From: Camelus dromedarius
Taxonomy: Eukaryota
Assembly (NCBI RefSeq): GCF_036321535.1
Contig: NC_087438.1
Span: forward strand, 10,852,001-10,916,000
Length of the DNA: 64,000 nucleotides
Direction: 5' to 3'
The stretch's first letter is position 1. The number at the start of each line of letters is the position of its first letter. A program made the translations under genes and the position numbers. Positions 62,111 to 64,000 of the stretch are shown piece by piece. The notes beneath the pieces were generated by a model that saw only the letters and a list, made by a program, of their open reading frames with translations, did no database searches and had not been told where the DNA came from.

Positions 62111-62451
62111 TAAGTAGAATTCCAGGAGGAGGGAGCAGGTTGTATACCATCCCTCTTAGCAAGGAAAGTTGTACCCTATTGGTCATCGAGGAAATGAAAA
62201 TGTAAAAGCAACGTGATTTCAATTTTGACTCATTGAGATAATAAAGATAAGATAATTGATTTTCTAGTGCTGTTGTGAGTGCAGAAAAATAGATCCTCTC
62301 AAGTACCGCTGGTGAGGGGGTAAAATTTGGTTAGACCAGTTTATATTGGGTACTAATAATGGTATCAAAGAATTCAAAAGCATACAAGCCAAACAAGTCA
62401 ACGTCTGAAATACGTGTTAATATTTTACCTAATAAACACATATTGATAGTT

Positions 62452-62562
62452 AGAAGGAAAGAAAGAGAACATGGAAGAAGGAAGGAAGTAGGAAAGATAA
62501 GAAGGAAGAAAGGAAGGAAAGATGAAAGAAGGAAGGAAGAAGGAAGGGAAGAAGGAAAAAAA
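62452..62562. repeat. GA-rich (GGAA/GAA) low-complexity tract
   Basis: Directly visible purine run. Confidence 0.9.
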
Positions 62563-64000
62563 GGTTATTTTTTTATTTACTGAGATAAGGAAGAATGGAA
62601 TTTCTGTTCTTTTCTTCTTTTTTGCCAGAGAGAATCAGGAGTTCAATTTCTGATGTAAGTTTGAGATGGATATTAGACATAAAAGGAGAATAGCTGAATA
62701 GGTTTTCAGATATAAATGAATTAGATACACCTCATTCTTTCACTCCAGTATTTCTTTTACTTAATGACCTGATTGGGGTTCAAGTTTGGTTTTACAAAAT
62801 ATATTATGTAACAATTTAAATATAATAGTACAGACCTAGGCACTTAAGGATTCACTCTCCAATTGGTAATATATCCTGCTCATGTCAGTATTCTTTATGT
62901 ATTTAAGATTGACATATTTTGGTGTAAATAAATTTTTTAATAACACAATCTGTTCCTTGTTTGAGAAAGTCTATACTTCCATGGGCTTTCTTCTAGATGA
63001 AGCACTCCTGCTTAAAGGTCCTTTTAGGGAAAGTCTAGGGAAAGTCTAGGGGATCAGATACTATGTGTCAAAGGGGTGTTTGCTCTATATTCAGAGAAGA
63101 CTCTACATATATACTCACAGAATGTTGCAGAGTTGAGAGTAAAAAGTGTCCACCAACATCTGCCTCCTTCAAGAAGCATGTTCATTCCACCGTGGGAAGG
63201 ATCAGGAGAATCACATCTAATTGCCATCCTGAGGCATTTTCCTGAAAGTGTGTCCCTTCTTTGTTTCCAGTCAATCCAAGTGAAATTTCTTTCTTAAAAT
63301 AGGAAAATGAACACCTCCACTTTACTAAGAAGTAACATCTGGCTGGTTAAGTCACCAGTAAGAGAGGAATGATGATGGTTTTAGTCTGCAATCTTAGCTC
63401 ATCTTTGACATTTCCTTTCAGAAAACCGAGCGGCCGCACCCTTTTGTACACAGCTCAGAGGAAGCAGCTGCCAGAGAGGTGGTGCTGGAGGCTGATGAAC
63501 TCCCACATGTGATCAGAGGATTTCTGGGAAACTGAGCACCTCATCTTTAGAATGAGTGTTTAGAGTGTTTTCATGAATAAGATAGTTGTATTCTATTTTA
63601 AGCAAAACACTTGGTATTCTATGAGGGATTTTAAAAATAAAAAGTCTAGGATAAGTTTTAAATAAATTTTTTTTTACTTAAAGGCATGCAATTGCTCGAT
63701 CTATTTAAACAACATATTGCTGCTTATCTAGAAGATAAGATACCAAATCATAGTTAAACATTTACATAGTAAGATAAGACTCAGGCTCCTGCTTTTGTTA
63801 GGATTTTTTTTAAGTTGTGAATGAAAGAAACTTAACCCCACGTGTCTTAATCACAGACGGGATTTGCTGGCTCACACAACACCAGGTCTAGGGTGGATAT
63901 TATCAGGCGAGGCCAAAGCCAGGTGCTCACACAGTGACATCTGAAACCTGTCTCTCTCCATCTCCTGGCCCTGCTTTTCCCGTCTTGGTTTCATTCTCAA

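Noticed and set aside
1..64000. A named host gene or a novel multi-gene system
   Set aside because: I recognised no exon series or protein family. Very short exons of a large gene cannot be excluded without alignment.

Overview
Mammalian nuclear DNA, AT-rich and CpG-depleted, with no recognisable protein-coding gene, rRNA, true tRNA gene or CRISPR array. It reads as an intergenic or deep-intronic region built largely from eutherian interspersed repeats: L1, L2, MIR, HAL1, MaLR/ERVL/ERV1 solo LTRs, hAT-Charlie and Tigger DNA transposons. It also holds two long pyrimidine microsatellite blocks. A tRNA-Ala-derived SINE at ~38.5 kb resembles the camelid Vic-1 family, and I saw no Alu, B1/B2, Bov or PRE-type SINEs, so the source is probably a camel, llama or alpaca (inference). 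The longest ORFs in the track come from microsatellites or decayed transposons, and none of the others resembles a protein I recognise. I found no convincing new multi-gene system. The best leads are: (i) a ~780-bp non-repeat insert splitting an old L1, with TSD-like flanks, a poly(A) signal and an inverted copy of a neighbouring HAL1 segment; (ii) a CpG-retaining IRF/CRE/GAS/CCAAT motif cluster at ~33.15 kb; (iii) several micro-retrotransposition events with readable junctions; (iv) a few candidate short exons. Repeat family names are recalled by eye from consensus sequences; subfamilies and most boundaries are approximate (tens of bp) and need RepeatMasker/Dfam confirmation.
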